Below, piece after piece: positions 50,001 through 61,580 of a DNA stretch of 64,000 bases (within the stretch, counting starts at the first letter, position 1; each line of letters begins with the position of its first letter). The notes beneath the pieces were generated by a model. It had not been told where the DNA came from. It made no database searches and saw only the letters and a program-made list of their open reading frames with translations. Both the position numbers and the translations under genes were made by a program. This DNA comes from an uncultured archaeon. Its GTDB lineage: Archaea > Altiarchaeota > Altiarchaeia > JAFGQM01. Where the stretch lies: NCBI GenBank assembly GCA_964619365.1, contig CAZUDQ010000002.1:1-64000 (forward strand), read 5' to 3'.

Positions 50001-53000
50001 CTTTCCTTATGGTTTTATAGAAATTCAAGTAAAGATAATTTTCAAATGATGTATACTGGCTATTCCCTTTCAGAGTTAGAATTATCTTTCTATATAGATA
50101 CTCTAAGAGCTTATGTGAATAATAGTTATGTTTTCTATAATAATGCTTATTCATTAAATACTTGGTTTCATGCAGTTTTAACTTTTAATTCAACTAATCA
50201 AACACTTTATGTAAATGGTGTTCCAGTTGCAAGCAGAATTCCAATTGGAGTTGTGTCTGCATCTGCCAAAACTATTGGTGGAAGGAAATGGAATTATTCC
50301 TTTAATGGTTCTATTGATGAGGTTATGATTTTTAATAGGAGTTTGAGTGCTAATGAAGTTAGTGCTTTGTATAATGCAACTGCTCAAAACTTCAATACTA
50401 CTGTTGATTTGGTTTATGGTGATAATGCTGTTCAGTTAGTTGCTGTTGATACTGAGTATAATGTTGCCAGAGAAAGTATCAATATTGATAGGATAGTATA
50501 TAATATCACAAATTGTGTTGAGTTGCAGGCAATGGGTTATAATTTGTCAGGAAATTATGTGTTGGCGAATAATATTGATTGTTCTGATACTGCTAATTGG
50601 AATAGTGGTGCTGGTTTTGATCCAATCGGTGATTCGTCAAATTATTTTACAGGTGGTCTTGATGGACAAGGATATAATATAAGTTATCTTTACATAAATC
50701 GTTCTGATGTGGGTTATGGAGGACTTTTTGGATATGTTAGTTCTGGTGAGATAAATAATTTAGGTTTGATTTCGGTTAATGTTACAGGGTTTAATCAGAC
50801 AGGTGCTTTTGCTGGCTGGTTCGGGGGCTCAGTAATAAATAATTCTTATGTTACTGGGAGTGTTTTTGGAGGGGTAACTGCTGTTGGTGGATTTTTTGGA
50901 ATAATACATAGTTCAACAATTTTAAATTCTTATTCAATAGTTGATGTAAGTGGTGTTCATGATCATATAGGAGGTCTTGCAGGACAAATGATTGGTTCAG
51001 TTGTTAATAATTCTTATGTGAATGGAAACATAAAGGGGAGTAGTACATATATTGGTGGAATTGGAGGTAGTTTATGGGATGCAACAATTTCAAATTCCTA
51101 TTTTGTCGGAAATGTTACTGGAACCAATTTAGTGGGTGGTATAGTTGGGGGAATGATTGGCATTGGTAGTTCAACCAAGAACTGTTATTCTACTGGCAAT
51201 ATAACTGTTACTGGTGGAAGTGGAGTTGGAGCTATTACGGGATACTTGAATGGTGCAGGAGAGACTATCATAAATTCATACTGGTTGAATAATACTGGAG
51301 ATGATGTAGTTTCTTGTTATCCTGGAGGGAATGAGAATTGTACTGCGGTGACAAGTGAAATTTATTTCTTTTCGGTTTCGAATTCTCCTATTTCAGCATG
51401 GCAGTTCCCGCCGTGGGATTCTTTTTGTGATGGAGTAGGATACCAACCATTGGCATGGCAAAATATATCAACTGAGACAGAATGTTTGGGATATTCTACA
51501 ATAACACCACAGATTAGTTTTGTGAACCCTACTCCCGATAATGGAACAAATACTACTAATAATTCTGTTGAGATTAATGTTTCCATTACTGAAGAGAATT
51601 TAGCCAATGTCAGCTTCGACTGGGCACTAGGTCCAAGAGATGGACTTGTTCTTGATTTGAATTTTGATGATGGGAGTTTGGTTGATGAATCAGGGCAGGG
51701 GAATGATGGAGTAAATAATGGTTCTATCTATACTCCAGATGGAAAGATTATGGGTGCTAGAGAATTTGATGGTGAAAATGATTATGTTAATGCTGGAAAT
51801 GATACATCTTTAGATATAAGAGATCAAATAACTTTAGGAGCTTGGATTAAGTTAAATGAATTAACTAATAATTCAGCCGTAAACATTATTTTAAATAAAG
51901 ATTGGGCTGATTATGAAATTGGAATTGCAGCTAATTCTACTGGAGTATCAGTTTATAACTTTGCGTGGTATTTAGGTGGTGTTTCATCTGGATGGCATGA
52001 TGGTGGAGGACCAATTAATATAAATGAATGGACCTCTGTTATGTTAACGTATAATGGTGAACAAGTTAGAACTTATATTAATGGAGTATTAACTAATAGC
52101 TATGAATATAATGGAAGTATTTATTATCCTGGACTTGATTGTGATTTGAAGATAGGAGCAAGATCACGGCCAGACTCCTGTGAGGAGAGTGGAAGTTATT
52201 TCAACGGTTCTATTGATGAAGTAAAAGTATATAATCGGTCGTTAAGTTCTACTGAGATTACTGAGTTGTATCATTCTAGTAGGGCTAAATTTATGGATGA
52301 TAGTTTAGTTTTGATGATGAATTTTGACAATATCAGCTCATTAGGCGAGAATTCAAGCTATGTTGTTGACATGAGTGAGTACGGGAATGATGGCGTCGTT
52401 AATGGTTCTACTTGGACCCCAAATGGTAATTATGGCGGAGCTTATGAGTTTGATGGAGAGAATGATTATATTAACCTGACATCGGCTGTCTTGGAAACAA
52501 CTAATGATTCTCATGAGATTACTTTGCTTGCATGGATAAAACCTAATGATTATGGTGATCCTGATTCAAATCAAAGCTATATTATTAGCCAATATATATA
52601 TCCTAATAGTGACAGATTCTTATGGGGATTCGATGGTAAGAAGATAAGATATTTTGTTGGAGGAAATCAGAGTTTAGGAAATACGAATATTACATTAGGA
52701 GTTTGGCAGATGATTGCTTCAACTAAGTTATCTAATGGTACAGTCAAGCATTATTATAATGGAATATATGATGGTAAAGGTGTTGTGCAAGGAAAGTATC
52801 AAGATACAGAGACAATCATAGGTGGTGGACATGTATACGCTGGTGTTTATGCATTCAATGGTTTAATTGATGAACCAAGGATTTATAATAGAAGTCTTAG
52901 CGCAAATGAAATTCAGTTATTATACGAGTCAAATCTAAAGAAAATTGATCCTGATTCCTGGGAACTTTATGTTAATAAGACTAATTTAACCGTTGGAGAC

Positions 53001-56000
53001 TATTCTTATTCTGCAAGCGCATGTGATTCGAGCGATAATTGCAACTCAACTGAAACAAGATACCTAACTATTGAATCAGAATACGCACCTACATTCCAAG
53101 GCAATCTTGACTTAAATAACGACGGATATCTGGACATAGTTTTCTCTAACTGGAGAAATGAAACGTCTTACAACATCAATAGTACCATATACTATGGTAG
53201 CGCAACTGGATTTAGGATAAATGATACTGGTGAACTTCCTACAATGGGGGCAGTTGGTAATTCCATTGCCGACTTAAATAACGACGGATACTTAGACATA
53301 GTTTTCTCTAACTGGAAAAATGATAGCACCTATAACATAAACAGCACCATCTATTACGGAACCGTTGCAGGATTTGATGCCGATAACAAGGCTGAACTGC
53401 CCACTCACGGCGCACAAGGGAACTCCATTGCCGACCTGAACAATGATGGTTATTTAGACGTAGTTTTCTCTAATTATTTCAATGGGGTATCTTACGACAT
53501 CAACAGCACCATCTATTATGGGAGCGCAACAGGATTTGGTACCAACAACACCAAGGGCCTGCCAACAAACCACGCAATAGGAAATTCCATTGCCGACCTG
53601 AATAACGACGGATACTTTGACATAGTGTTTTCCAACTCTGGCGAGTCAAGTGTTATATATTACGGAAGCGCAACAGGATTTGATGCTGATAATAAAACAG
53701 AGTTATTAACCCATGCCGCGACTGGAAATTCCATTGCCGACCTAGATAATGACGGGTACCTGGATATTGTGTTTTCCAATAATGGCGAAGGTGGGGACCG
53801 CAACATCAACAGTACGATCTACTACGGAAGCGCTGCAGGATTTGATGCCAACAATACGAAAGGATTACTAACACACGGAGCATATACAAATTCCATTGCC
53901 GACTTAAATAACGACGGATACCTAGATATCATATTCTCAAATTATCATAATAACACAGGTCGCAACATCAACAGTACGGTGTATTATGGGGGTGTTAGCG
54001 GGTTTAACATTAACAACAAAACAGAGTTACCAACACACGGAGCAAATGGCAATTCTGTTGCTGACCTAAACAACGACGGATACTTAGACATAGTGTTTTC
54101 CAACACATATAACGATACTGATTTTAACATCAACAGCACCATCTATTACGGAAGTGTAACAGGATTTAACACCAACAATACTGGGGGCTTACCTACAATA
54201 GGTGCTTCGGGGGTTTCAGTTGTCGTCGGACAAGTAGCTTCAGCAAATACGGCATATGGGACGACGCTTGGCGCAACGCTGATTCCTGATTTTAGGTTGG
54301 CAAAGAACTCCAGTTTAAGCGATTTTATTGACCTTGACATATTCTTCAACGATAAGAATGGGGACGAACTTACGATTTTGGCATACAAAGATGGCGCACT
54401 TTACTCTGACTCAAGCGTGCAGCTGCTTATCGATAATACAACACACAAATTAAGTATAATCCCTGCCACAGATTATGCTGGGACAATAACTGGCATCTAT
54501 TTTGTCGCAAGCGATGGGCAGTACAATGTCAGCAGTAACAATGTAAGTGTGATTGTGCTAGGTAATGACACCCAGGCGCCACAAATCGACTTCGTCCCGC
54601 CGACGCCCGATAACGGGACTGTCACAGCAAATACCTCAGTACTGATAAACGTCAGCATCAACGATACAGGCCTTGCAAACGTCACATTTGACTGGAACGA
54701 CAGCGAAGAAGTCTGTTCAATATACTCCCAGGACATAAGCAATTACTCTTGCACCGATTATCATGACTCTTCTTTGGTTCTTGCTATGAACTTTGATAAT
54801 TCAAGTGACCTAACGGATTTATCGGGTCATGGAAATGACGGAATCAATAACGGAGCTACATGGACTCCTGATGGGAAGTATGGCGGAGCAAGAAGCTTTG
54901 ATGGGTTAAATGATTCCGTCTACATCGATTCTTTTGACATTGGAAATTCAATTGGAAAAACAAGTTGTGCATGGATATATCCATTATCTTTTAGAGTAAA
55001 TAGTCTAATCGGAATCATAGCAGGGCCAAGCAGTTATACTGTTAATGTCCCCTGGATGAGATTATATAATGGTTACATGTTTAATAGAATTTGGAATAGT
55101 ACTCATGCGTTTAGCAAGGAATACTCATCTATAGAAGCTCTGAAACTTAATTCTTGGTCGCATCTTTGTGTGGTTTGGCAAGGCAATGGTCCAAATCAAA
55201 ATTTAAGTATGCTTTATTACATCAATGGAGGTCTTGATAAGAACATTACTTCAAACATAAAAGATACGGATGGATATGTCGGAATGGCTTATGGGGATGT
55301 CAGAATAGGTTCTGATCCCGTATATGCTTCGAGATTTTTCAATGGTTCTATCGATGAGATTAGAATTTACAACAGGATGTTATCCTCTGATGAAATTAAC
55401 TTATTATATGAATCCAGGTTAGTAAAGTATTCTGATTGGAACCTTCTAGTAAATAAAACTAATTTATCGGTTGGCAACTATACTTATTCTGCAAGCGCTT
55501 GCGACATTTATAATAATTGCAATTCTACGGGAATTAATACTCTTGAAATAATTTCTACAAGCTTCACAGCAGGTTTTAGCGTGACCCCTTCAAGCATCTC
55601 GGAAACAGGAACTGCAATATGGAATTTAACGCTAAACAATCTTGAGACATCAAACCTCACTGTGGAAATCTCACCCTCTTGGACATCAGCATATAATACG
55701 ACTGTAAGCGTTCTTTCAAACTACTCGCGTGCGTGGAGCCAGGGCGTTTCCTGCCCGACAACATCAGTCACAAGAAGCGTCACTTTGACCGAGGGTAGCT
55801 CGTCAAAACAAAAATCAGCGATAGTATCAGTCTCCTGCCCCTCATCAACTTGCTCAAAAGACTGGTCATGCGGAGAATGGAGCGAATGTGTTGATGGGGC
55901 ACAGACGCGTGACTGTTCTTGCGCGTGCCCAAAAGACTCACAGTGCAATGGCGACCACGCAACAGAACAAGAATGCGACGCGTGCGAGGGTGTGACCTGC

Positions 56001-56909
56001 GAAGATGACGGCAATCCATGCACGAGCGTTGCGTGTTTTGAAGGGGATTGTGTAATCGAGCTGTTATCAGGAAACTCCTGTGGGGACTCTGGCGACCCAT
56101 GTATTGACCTTATCTGCCAGGAAGGGGTGTGCACAGAGACTCCGACAACAAACGCGTGTGATGACGGTGATGTCTGCACAGAAGGCGACAGGTGTTCAGG
56201 CGGAGTTTGTACTCCTGGGGAATTTGTCTGTGATTGTAAGGTTGCAAGTGATTGCCCGCAGGAAGAATGCTTTATTGCAGATTGCATCGCAGGAAAGTGC
56301 AAGTTCACATATGATGAGACTTGCAAAAAAGAAAAAGATGAATGTGACGCCGACTGGATTTGTGAAGACTGGTCAGAATGCAGCGGAGGCCTCAAGACTC
56401 GCATGTGCGAGTGTTCCTGTGAAAATGGGAATTGCCGTGGCGATGGACAAATGGTCGACACTTGCGAAATCAATGCTACGGAAGGTGGATTAGAAATCGT
56501 AGTTGGCGACGGCTTTGTAGGCGATGACATAAATGTCTCGATATATGACGAATACGGCAATCCCGTTGACGGCGCGACAATACAGTTCATCGCACCCGAC
56601 GGGCGCATACTCTCTTATGAGGAAGGCTTTAAGCTCTATGGGGAAGGCAAGTGGGCTGTCATGGTAGACAAGACTGGATATGCTGGAAACTATGAACTCT
56701 TTGATGTAGAGACTAAAAGCGGAACGAGTGAATCGGGAGTAGCAGGAGTCCTTGGTTCTGTTGCAGACGCAGTAGGCGGCTTTTTTGACTGGATTGCGCA
56801 GTCAGCCGCGCGTTCCGCATTACTCCCCGTCACAGTAATAATTGCGGCAATATTAATGATTATGTTTGTGCTAAAAAAGAATTATTCTCACAAGATAAAG
56901 GGACGTTAA
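44082..56909 (+). CDS. Giant modular surface glycoprotein (4275 aa): ~7 LamG, two FG-GAP propellers, BspA/DUF285 repeats, GLUG region, Ig units, Cys-rich region, C-terminal TM
   Basis: [15 protein letters not shown] repeats, WDTSSVT.M..MF repeats, VGG..G GLUG motifs, [15 protein letters not shown] x7, LamG motifs. Confidence 0.9.
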   Translation: MVSKVAVVLSLAVLIIAFAFSLSILSPFEESFNSLQSPQGLAIGNDDLFEYFITPPEANDTENETGNGDGQAVEPKSESVFPQIEFVPPTPDNGTTTTDTNASINVSITEENLANVSFNWSGSDYSLYDDSLVLMMNFDNISSLGENSSYVVDMSEYGNNGTVNGSTWTSNGRYGGAYEFDGNGYFMNSSYIEIADSNSLDLGNEITVSTWIKFYDYNFGPYIITKRDSGAAVDNHYGIYLKNETEGEMTPKFTCGNGTHRNSVSASNGRLSELNHWYHLVGIKDDESIRIYVDGEFVGSNTELKNRSGAIVDNDTMVTGWSNDVPLRLGALYYSSLGVSRYGFNGSIDEVRIYNQSLSANEVRLLYESNLKKMDPDSWELYVNKTNLTSGTYHYVATATDSSGNSNSTEMRLLTIDNVADTIAPNVSISYPVGYGAYVSVASFNYTSSEAGSCWYSLNDSSNSTAVVANNSFAGLNLEDGDYNLTIYCNDSSGNVGSNNLSFVVGDYYGADEVNKLLASDIQLNDAFGASVSISGDYAIIGASNEDEGGNGAGAAYIFNKNSSGTWNEIQKIRSSDNKGGDTFGTSVSISGDYAIVGAFYEDNSTGSVYVFKKNSSGLFEEVSELRASDAQEGPRFGHSISLSGDCAILGAVWDDTNGNRSGAAYIFKKNSSGGFEEVNKIIASDGQAYDYFSNSISLSGDYAIVGASGEDANGAGAGAAYIFKKNSTGQFEEIQKILSSDIAGGDAFGNSVSISGDYAIVGALTEDPESLYNAGAAYIFKKNSSGQFEEVDKIQASDKETIDNFGRSVSISGDYAVVGSIYEDTGGNNSGAAYIFKKNSSSGFEEIHKITASDGQAHDYFSNSIFISGEYAIVGASNENSSGAAYMFRLNESVADTTAPLITFITENNTQIYASSILIEANVTDDSQTYTFLNDSSLVGYWTAENGANDSSIYNNSGNFVNDTSITSSGKFGSAFSFDGNGDYINTSIEIPAENFSFSMWFYMLDNATSRNASINLLSSDGFVVYQHPENDLIYFYSVGARYIIWYPEINKWHHLACSINSAGNAIDNYDANCYADGILRSLNQDGYLNSSTYLKISYSSAANHSINGSVDEFMIFNRSLSSSEISALYNATAQNFNTTVDLVVGNNIINLVAKDTYANVVSEQVVVERTPTASENAFVSTWNTSAVSNVSSNASQVMLPLEATGNYEFTVYWGDGTDDYITTYNQAEVNHTYATEGLYNISIDGTIVGWRFNNVGDKLKITDISNWGSLNVGNNNGYFYGCANLDASAIDALNLSGTTILTSMFRNSSFNGSIGNWDTSSVTNTDWMFFYASNFNQNISDWNTSKVTNMFYMLGGASSFNQPVNTWDVSSVTNMGYMFSYMDSFNQDISNWDVSSVTSMYRMFLNADNFNQPLDNWDTSSVTDMERMFQNADSFNQDIGSWDTSKVTNMNSMFYGALNFNQPLNNWDTSSVTSMNYMFRDGNLFNQNISNWNVSNVEYMDYMFYSCPSFDQNIGSWNVSNVINMDNMFNGSTLSTENYDDLLSGWSNLHSLQENIEFHAGNSTYTNSAAKAILIDNYNWTITDGGYLDIVVPNITFITENNTQTSASSILIEANVTDDSQTYTFLNDSSLVGYWTAENGANDSSIYNNNGTFNGNASVTSSGKFGSAFEFDGDGDYIESSENGSLNIGRDQLTISSWVKLNNFIDGRSFIVERRFETADLYSLYVQNNSAISFNMERGPSPTGIISNPDIFSLNEWHHILGTYDGASIKIYLDGSLIQENSSSGNIDNSSGTFRIGTNDGARFWNGSIDEVMVFNRSLSSSEVKALYNATAQDFNATVDLVSGNNSVQLVAVDTEYNVARESINVERNDSTAPSITFITANNTQTSASSILIEANVTDDSQTYTFLNDSSLVAYWTAENGANDSSIYNNSGTFNGNASVTSSGKFGSAFEFDGDGDYVDVGNSQTLNQATLSLWFYRNSSKDNFQMMYTGYSLSELELSFYIDTLRAYVNNSYVFYNNAYSLNTWFHAVLTFNSTNQTLYVNGVPVASRIPIGVVSASAKTIGGRKWNYSFNGSIDEVMIFNRSLSANEVSALYNATAQNFNTTVDLVYGDNAVQLVAVDTEYNVARESINIDRIVYNITNCVELQAMGYNLSGNYVLANNIDCSDTANWNSGAGFDPIGDSSNYFTGGLDGQGYNISYLYINRSDVGYGGLFGYVSSGEINNLGLISVNVTGFNQTGAFAGWFGGSVINNSYVTGSVFGGVTAVGGFFGIIHSSTILNSYSIVDVSGVHDHIGGLAGQMIGSVVNNSYVNGNIKGSSTYIGGIGGSLWDATISNSYFVGNVTGTNLVGGIVGGMIGIGSSTKNCYSTGNITVTGGSGVGAITGYLNGAGETIINSYWLNNTGDDVVSCYPGGNENCTAVTSEIYFFSVSNSPISAWQFPPWDSFCDGVGYQPLAWQNISTETECLGYSTITPQISFVNPTPDNGTNTTNNSVEINVSITEENLANVSFDWALGPRDGLVLDLNFDDGSLVDESGQGNDGVNNGSIYTPDGKIMGAREFDGENDYVNAGNDTSLDIRDQITLGAWIKLNELTNNSAVNIILNKDWADYEIGIAANSTGVSVYNFAWYLGGVSSGWHDGGGPININEWTSVMLTYNGEQVRTYINGVLTNSYEYNGSIYYPGLDCDLKIGARSRPDSCEESGSYFNGSIDEVKVYNRSLSSTEITELYHSSRAKFMDDSLVLMMNFDNISSLGENSSYVVDMSEYGNDGVVNGSTWTPNGNYGGAYEFDGENDYINLTSAVLETTNDSHEITLLAWIKPNDYGDPDSNQSYIISQYIYPNSDRFLWGFDGKKIRYFVGGNQSLGNTNITLGVWQMIASTKLSNGTVKHYYNGIYDGKGVVQGKYQDTETIIGGGHVYAGVYAFNGLIDEPRIYNRSLSANEIQLLYESNLKKIDPDSWELYVNKTNLTVGDYSYSASACDSSDNCNSTETRYLTIESEYAPTFQGNLDLNNDGYLDIVFSNWRNETSYNINSTIYYGSATGFRINDTGELPTMGAVGNSIADLNNDGYLDIVFSNWKNDSTYNINSTIYYGTVAGFDADNKAELPTHGAQGNSIADLNNDGYLDVVFSNYFNGVSYDINSTIYYGSATGFGTNNTKGLPTNHAIGNSIADLNNDGYFDIVFSNSGESSVIYYGSATGFDADNKTELLTHAATGNSIADLDNDGYLDIVFSNNGEGGDRNINSTIYYGSAAGFDANNTKGLLTHGAYTNSIADLNNDGYLDIIFSNYHNNTGRNINSTVYYGGVSGFNINNKTELPTHGANGNSVADLNNDGYLDIVFSNTYNDTDFNINSTIYYGSVTGFNTNNTGGLPTIGASGVSVVVGQVASANTAYGTTLGATLIPDFRLAKNSSLSDFIDLDIFFNDKNGDELTILAYKDGALYSDSSVQLLIDNTTHKLSIIPATDYAGTITGIYFVASDGQYNVSSNNVSVIVLGNDTQAPQIDFVPPTPDNGTVTANTSVLINVSINDTGLANVTFDWNDSEEVCSIYSQDISNYSCTDYHDSSLVLAMNFDNSSDLTDLSGHGNDGINNGATWTPDGKYGGARSFDGLNDSVYIDSFDIGNSIGKTSCAWIYPLSFRVNSLIGIIAGPSSYTVNVPWMRLYNGYMFNRIWNSTHAFSKEYSSIEALKLNSWSHLCVVWQGNGPNQNLSMLYYINGGLDKNITSNIKDTDGYVGMAYGDVRIGSDPVYASRFFNGSIDEIRIYNRMLSSDEINLLYESRLVKYSDWNLLVNKTNLSVGNYTYSASACDIYNNCNSTGINTLEIISTSFTAGFSVTPSSISETGTAIWNLTLNNLETSNLTVEISPSWTSAYNTTVSVLSNYSRAWSQGVSCPTTSVTRSVTLTEGSSSKQKSAIVSVSCPSSTCSKDWSCGEWSECVDGAQTRDCSCACPKDSQCNGDHATEQECDACEGVTCEDDGNPCTSVACFEGDCVIELLSGNSCGDSGDPCIDLICQEGVCTETPTTNACDDGDVCTEGDRCSGGVCTPGEFVCDCKVASDCPQEECFIADCIAGKCKFTYDETCKKEKDECDADWICEDWSECSGGLKTRMCECSCENGNCRGDGQMVDTCEINATEGGLEIVVGDGFVGDDINVSIYDEYGNPVDGATIQFIAPDGRILSYEEGFKLYGEGKWAVMVDKTGYAGNYELFDVETKSGTSESGVAGVLGSVADAVGGFFDWIAQSAARSALLPVTVIIAAILMIMFVLKKNYSHKIKGR
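45610..46750 (+). repeat. FG-GAP-like beta-propeller repeats (~7)
   Basis: [17 protein letters not shown]....[12 protein letters not shown] units. Confidence 0.85.
46788..49960 (+). repeat. Three near-identical framework segments (46788-46957, 48870-49117, 49713-49960)
   Basis: Shared ttcaagtattttgattgaagctaatgttactgatgacagccagacatatacgttcctgaatgattcttc core; copies 2 and 3 match over ~250 bp. Confidence 0.88.
47980..48680 (+). repeat. BspA/DUF285 ~25-aa repeats
   Basis: FNQ.I.NWD.S.VT.M..MF units. Confidence 0.88.
53100..54230 (+). repeat. Second FG-GAP/VCBS repeat set (7 units, mostly 54 aa)
   Basis: [18 protein letters not shown]...INSTIYYG units. Confidence 0.88.
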
Positions 56910-56911
56910 GC

Positions 56912-57679
56912 TTACAATCCCGGCAATTCCCTAAGGTCGTTTATAATATAATCTGGGACAAACTGCGAGCTTTTGGCTTCTTCTTTTGTTGTTTCACCCG
57001 TTAAGACAAGAGCTGTTTTCATTCCGGCACGTATTCCCGCAGCAATATCGGTTGGAAGCTTATCTCCAACCATCAGGCATCCCTCAGGATTAAGTCCCAA
57101 GACCTCGGCAGTTATCTCCATTATCTTTGCCGAAGGCTTTCCAAGGATGGTTGCTTTTTTGCCAGACGCTGCTTCAAGGGCCACAACAAAAGCGCCAGTT
57201 CCTGGAAGTTTTCTTCCTTCCTTAAGGTAAGTGACATCCGGCGCGCATCCTATAAGCTCAGCACCATCAAGAAGGTTTGAGAGCGCATTTGCGACCTTAT
57301 CATAAGTAAGTGTCTCATCAAGTCCACAGACGACAAAATCTGACCCAGAATCGACTATCTCGTGTCCACAGGACTTAAGCTCGTGCACAAGGGCGCCTTT
57401 TCCCATGGCGTGGATTTTAGACGGGCCTTTGAGGTCAAGGATATATCTTCCTGCAGCATAAGAAGATACGATTATCTGTGAAATATCTGCAGTTATGCCA
57501 AAATTTCCTAATCTTTTTTGGTAATCCTCTCTTGATTTTGATGCATTGTTTGTGACAAAAGCAAGCTTTCCCCCGCTAGTTATTATCTGATTTATCGTCT
57601 CTTTTGCGTGAGGTATGGGGTCGTCCCCATCCCAGATGACTCCATCCATATCAAAAGCGTATCCTTGTATTTCCATCAT
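56912..57679 (-). CDS. HAD-IIA (NagD-like) hydrolase
   Basis: FDMDGVIW, VTNN, GKP, MVGDKLPTDI, VLTG. Confidence 0.93.
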   Translation of the reverse strand: MMEIQGYAFDMDGVIWDGDDPIPHAKETINQIITSGGKLAFVTNNASKSREDYQKRLGNFGITADISQIIVSSYAAGRYILDLKGPSKIHAMGKGALVHELKSCGHEIVDSGSDFVVCGLDETLTYDKVANALSNLLDGAELIGCAPDVTYLKEGRKLPGTGAFVVALEAASGKKATILGKPSAKIMEITAEVLGLNPEGCLMVGDKLPTDIAAGIRAGMKTALVLTGETTKEEAKSSQFVPDYIINDLRELPGL

Positions 57680-58764
57680 TGTTCTGTTTTGTAGGCTCTT
57701 CCCTTAGCACAAAGATATGCCGCAAAGCTTTCAGGCAGGTTTATGCTGTCCCCTTCTTTAAACGCACCAAATTTTTCTCCCCCAAAACGAATTCCAGGGG
57801 TATTAAGTGCAAATTCAATTCCAGTTTCGCTTTTTCCAAACGGGGAACATTCATCAAGCGGGTAAAAATCATCAAGGTTTTTTATCACTTTTGCCAGAAG
57901 CAGGCTTCCGCCGTGGATGGTGTTTGCCATACGTATCATGTGCGAAGGGTCTGTTGTAACCTTAGAGTCAAGTGGTATCTGAACCCCCCCCTTTGCAGCA
58001 AGCTTTCGTATCTTTGCAAGGCCCCAGCCTTTGGGAAAGGCGTCCCAGTTGCCCTTTTTTAGTTGTTCGCTTAAATTTTCCTTATTACCTATGTCTGATT
58101 TAGACACTTCCTTAATGGCTGCAGCACATATTCTTTTTCCGAGGCTGCCTGACTCATAAGACGGCCCGATAAAAGAGCCTTTTTCCTCGAATATTAGTTC
58201 GGGTATTGTTCCTGTCCCGAGATATGCGCAGATTTCCTTTCGCCCAGATTCGTTTAGCTCTGCAACCTTTTCGTTCCCTATCCTTGCGTGATAACCACGC
58301 GATCCGGAGAAATTAAGACTAATTTCCTCCTTAGTAAACCCAAAATCCTCTTGAAGAAATTCATAAAGTTTTGTAATCTCTTCCTTTAGCGCGAGGAAGC
58401 AGTCTTCACAGCACCACGACGCGTCGTGCTTATGCTTTAGATTAAGATCCCCAACATCAATATCGAATATAAGGTCTGTTCCCAGCCTGACTTTTTCACT
58501 CATCTGCTCGTTACCTGGAAACTCGTAGCGTGAAAGAGAATGGTTCACATGCGCCGGCGCCTCGGTTTTTAGGTAATTAAGAAGCTCGTATTCGTTTGGA
58601 AATGCTCTGTGCCTGAATGTGACCTTTTTTGTAAGTGAGCCAAAACCAAACTCACGCTTGCTTAAATGGCATGGACTGTATTCTAGCCTCTTTTGATTCC
58701 CATAATAATCTGTTATGAGCCTCTTTAGCCAGAGTCTTGTCTTTAGGACGCGCGAATTATCCAT
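57676..58764 (-). CDS. priS: DNA primase small subunit
   Basis: REFGF, DLIFDID, FSGSRGYH, DSKVTTD...IR. Confidence 0.93.
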   Translation of the reverse strand: MDNSRVLKTRLWLKRLITDYYGNQKRLEYSPCHLSKREFGFGSLTKKVTFRHRAFPNEYELLNYLKTEAPAHVNHSLSRYEFPGNEQMSEKVRLGTDLIFDIDVGDLNLKHKHDASWCCEDCFLALKEEITKLYEFLQEDFGFTKEEISLNFSGSRGYHARIGNEKVAELNESGRKEICAYLGTGTIPELIFEEKGSFIGPSYESGSLGKRICAAAIKEVSKSDIGNKENLSEQLKKGNWDAFPKGWGLAKIRKLAAKGGVQIPLDSKVTTDPSHMIRMANTIHGGSLLLAKVIKNLDDFYPLDECSPFGKSETGIEFALNTPGIRFGGEKFGAFKEGDSINLPESFAAYLCAKGRAYKTEQ

Positions 58765-59713
58765 TTTTTACCTCCGGAGCCTTCTTTTTTCTAAATGCGT
58801 TTTTGATGTAATTTGCCTCAGGATGTCCCTTTTCACATTTTCCCGTACAAAGTCCGTAAGACTTTATAGTCTTGCACGCAGGACATGTGTATTTTCTTTG
58901 GAGGGCAAACCTTACCTGAGTCTCAGTCATCTTCTCGTTAAACTTTGGCGAGCGACGGTAAATGTCGATTATCCCTGCATTATCAAGGCCAAGGCCGATT
59001 AAGAATGTAACAAGAACAAAGTTTGCATTGTGGTTTGACTTTCCCGATTCAAGCGAGATTATTATATCTTTTATACATGGAGGCAGTGCGTCTTCCTTAA
59101 GACTCTTAATCTTTGGCGTTGTCCTCTTTTTTACCTTGCTTTTGGGAATGGCCTCCCCCTTTATCTCATTTGCGGCAGAGATGATTTCTTTTGGCAGGTC
59201 CTTTGGAGTGGGTATACTTTTTAGTATGTCATTTTCTATTGCCTGCCCAATCATCGTGCAGAGGTCTTCTTTTCTTATGGCAATAAAACCTTTTTTCAGG
59301 CGGGTGCGTATAAGGGGTTTACTTGTCCCCTCTTTTTTGTAAAGAAGATAATCTGTGAAATGGACAAGCACAGGGTCATTTTCTATTTTAACATCCATCC
59401 CAAAATCATCACGCGCCATTCGCACAAGGATGGTTAGCGATTCAGAGTTTAATTCGTCTTTCCAGAATTTTGCCTTCCTTTCAGCATAACTTTTGTTAAG
59501 CTCGTTGTTTTCAATCACCCCAAGAAGTATCTTTGCAAGGGTAAATGACACCACTTCAGTCTTGCTGCCTGCTTTTGCGATGCTTTTCCCACAAACATCG
59601 TCCTGAGCGCGCTTAAGGCAGTCAAAGATAAAAGGGTCTTTTGTTTCAAAAGAAATACTTGTCTGCCTAAGCTTTTCCCGTTCTTTTTTCTCAAATGGGT
59701 ATGGCCTAGGCAT
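58757..59713 (-). CDS. priL: DNA primase large subunit
   Basis: YPF, LPPCI, FNEKMT..QV, YTCPACKT...GLC...C Fe-S ligands. Confidence 0.9.
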   Translation of the reverse strand: MPRPYPFEKKEREKLRQTSISFETKDPFIFDCLKRAQDDVCGKSIAKAGSKTEVVSFTLAKILLGVIENNELNKSYAERKAKFWKDELNSESLTILVRMARDDFGMDVKIENDPVLVHFTDYLLYKKEGTSKPLIRTRLKKGFIAIRKEDLCTMIGQAIENDILKSIPTPKDLPKEIISAANEIKGEAIPKSKVKKRTTPKIKSLKEDALPPCIKDIIISLESGKSNHNANFVLVTFLIGLGLDNAGIIDIYRRSPKFNEKMTETQVRFALQRKYTCPACKTIKSYGLCTGKCEKGHPEANYIKNAFRKKKAPEVKNG

Positions 59714-59745
59714 CTCTAAATAAAGAAAATACTCAAGAAAGGCAA

Positions 59746-60480
59746 CTACATGTTTTCAATCCTTGGCGCCAGGAAATAACCGATTTTTCCTTCACCCACA
59801 GGGTATGTAAGTTCAAGAGGGTTATCCTTTTTTAGCTTAAGCTCAAGTACTGTCGAAGAATCTGTGTTCCTGACCATGTTCTTTAGGTATTCTAAAGGGA
59901 ACATCGCGCGTGCCGGGGCTTTTGCCTGTATCTCAAGGAGGTTTTCCTTTGGTATTGAGACCTCAGCCTTCCCGCTTTCGCTTTCTGCAACTATCGAAAT
60001 CCCACTCTCACTTGCGTCAAAGACTACATAGTTTCCGACAAGCTCAACGTCAGCGAGTACCTCTTTTATCTCTGTTGCAGGTACTTTGATTGTGACGTCA
60101 AACTCAATCTTTGGCTTGTTTGGGTGTGATGTCGCGTCAAGAAGTGGCAAGAGGAATTTTCTTGTGGCCTTTCCACCGAAGATTACTTCAAGCTTGTTTC
60201 CTTTTAGCTCAAGGGTTATTTCATCATCAGGGCGCGCACGGCGCATGACTTTTGAGAGTTCTGAGAAGTCTATCCCCAAATTGCTTGATTCCTCCACATC
60301 ATAAGTCTTAAATGCAGACTTTGCCATTTCAAAATCAACCATTGCAATCTGGCTTGGGTCCATAGCCTTTAGAACCATTTTCTCCCCGCTGAATTCAAAT
60401 GTGCCCTCGTCAATTAGCGCTGCAATCGCGTCGATACTCCTTTTCCATGAGTTGGCATCAGATATTGTTAATTTAAGCAT
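59746..60480 (-). CDS. pcn: PCNA sliding clamp
   Basis: AMDPSQIAMVD, FPLEYL, FLAPRIE. Confidence 0.96.
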   Translation of the reverse strand: MLKLTISDANSWKRSIDAIAALIDEGTFEFSGEKMVLKAMDPSQIAMVDFEMAKSAFKTYDVEESSNLGIDFSELSKVMRRARPDDEITLELKGNKLEVIFGGKATRKFLLPLLDATSHPNKPKIEFDVTIKVPATEIKEVLADVELVGNYVVFDASESGISIVAESESGKAEVSIPKENLLEIQAKAPARAMFPLEYLKNMVRNTDSSTVLELKLKKDNPLELTYPVGEGKIGYFLAPRIENM

Positions 60481-60547
60481 TTTCCTTTTTCCACCCTATT
60501 TCTATTAGTATAGTGCCCTATTTAATGCCTTTGAAAATAAAAAGGAA

Positions 60548-61182
60548 CTAGACAAATGTTCCTGACAATACAGAACTAAGACCATATTTTGTCACAAAGA
60601 AAAGTACAATTGAAAGGGTTATCATTATCGGGATGTATTTTATTCCTGATTTATCCTTTCCACTAAGAACTTGCCCAAGGACTATCGAGCCGCTAAATGG
60701 GGGACAATAAGCGCCAAAACAAAATACATTTCCATGAACCCCTGGGTGATATCAGAGCTGCTTTTTACAGGCATGCTACCTCCAAGGGAACCAAAGTCAA
60801 TATCTGGTATCGAGTCCCCAACACCATGCATCGTGACGTTTATTAAGTAATCAGATATGCCAAAAAGTATCGGGGCTCCAAAACCAATGACCATAAAAAT
60901 GAATATGGCATACATTAGGACGTTTGAGCGCATCTCCTTTTTTAGGAGGTCTTGATCCCGAAAGATGTCAGATATGTTCTCAAGTATGCCTGCTAGCTGT
61001 CCTCCAGAGTTTATACCAGTAACAATCAGGTCTATTGCGCGGTCAAGGTTTTCTGATTTTATCTTGTGCGCCCTCCTTTTATACTGAGATATCTGGTTTA
61101 GGTACATGAAGAAAAAGACTAGCACAATACTAAAGTAAAGTCCAAAAGTAAGGCTACAAAGAAACAAAAGAAATAGTTCGCA
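60548..61182 (-). pseudogene. Decayed type IV pilus/archaellum platform (TadC/PilC, T2SSF) gene
   Basis: IKSENL.RAIDLI.TG.NSGGQLA.ILE motif; frameshift at G5 run 60699-60703, after which another frame reads PFSGSIVLGQVLSGKDKSGIKYIPIM...FV* (stop 60548); no clear start. Confidence 0.75.
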
Positions 61183-61572
61183 TTAAACTAGTTTTCTTGC
61201 GTCAGCAATTATCTCTTCATGGTCAAAGGCAAGCTTTGGCAAATCGTCTAAGGAAAACCACTCTATATCCTGCGCGTCGTCTCCTGCTCCTTCTTTTCTT
61301 TTGTCTATAACTTCGACCAGATAAGCATCAGAAATAGTGTTTCCTCGTGGATCGCGCCCAGGTTTTGAGTATGTACCAGTGAATTTTACTATTTTACCTA
61401 AGATTCCAGCCTCCTCAAAAAGTTCCCTGATGCAGGCATCTTTTGAATCCTCACCAGGCTCTAAAAAACCCCCTGGAAGTGCCCAAAAACCCTTAAACGG
61501 ATCATTTTTTCTCTTGATCAAAAGAATGTTTCTTCCTTCAATCAAAACGGCATCAGCAGTTCTTGCGCACAT
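61183..61572 (-). CDS. NUDIX hydrolase
   Basis: WALPGGFLEPGED...ACIRELFEEAG, RDPRG, AGDDA, LAFDH. Confidence 0.93.
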   Translation of the reverse strand: MCARTADAVLIEGRNILLIKRKNDPFKGFWALPGGFLEPGEDSKDACIRELFEEAGILGKIVKFTGTYSKPGRDPRGNTISDAYLVEVIDKRKEGAGDDAQDIEWFSLDDLPKLAFDHEEIIADARKLV

Positions 61573-61580
61573 TTTAAATT

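Noticed and set aside
53100-54230. CRISPR-like periodic repeats
   Set aside because: The period is in frame and encodes FG-GAP units; no unique spacers and no cas genes.
18531-56909. Diversity-generating retroelement behind the giant-gene repeats
   Set aside because: No reverse transcriptase in the window; all repeat copies are in-frame coding, and the few mismatches checked are not adenine-specific.
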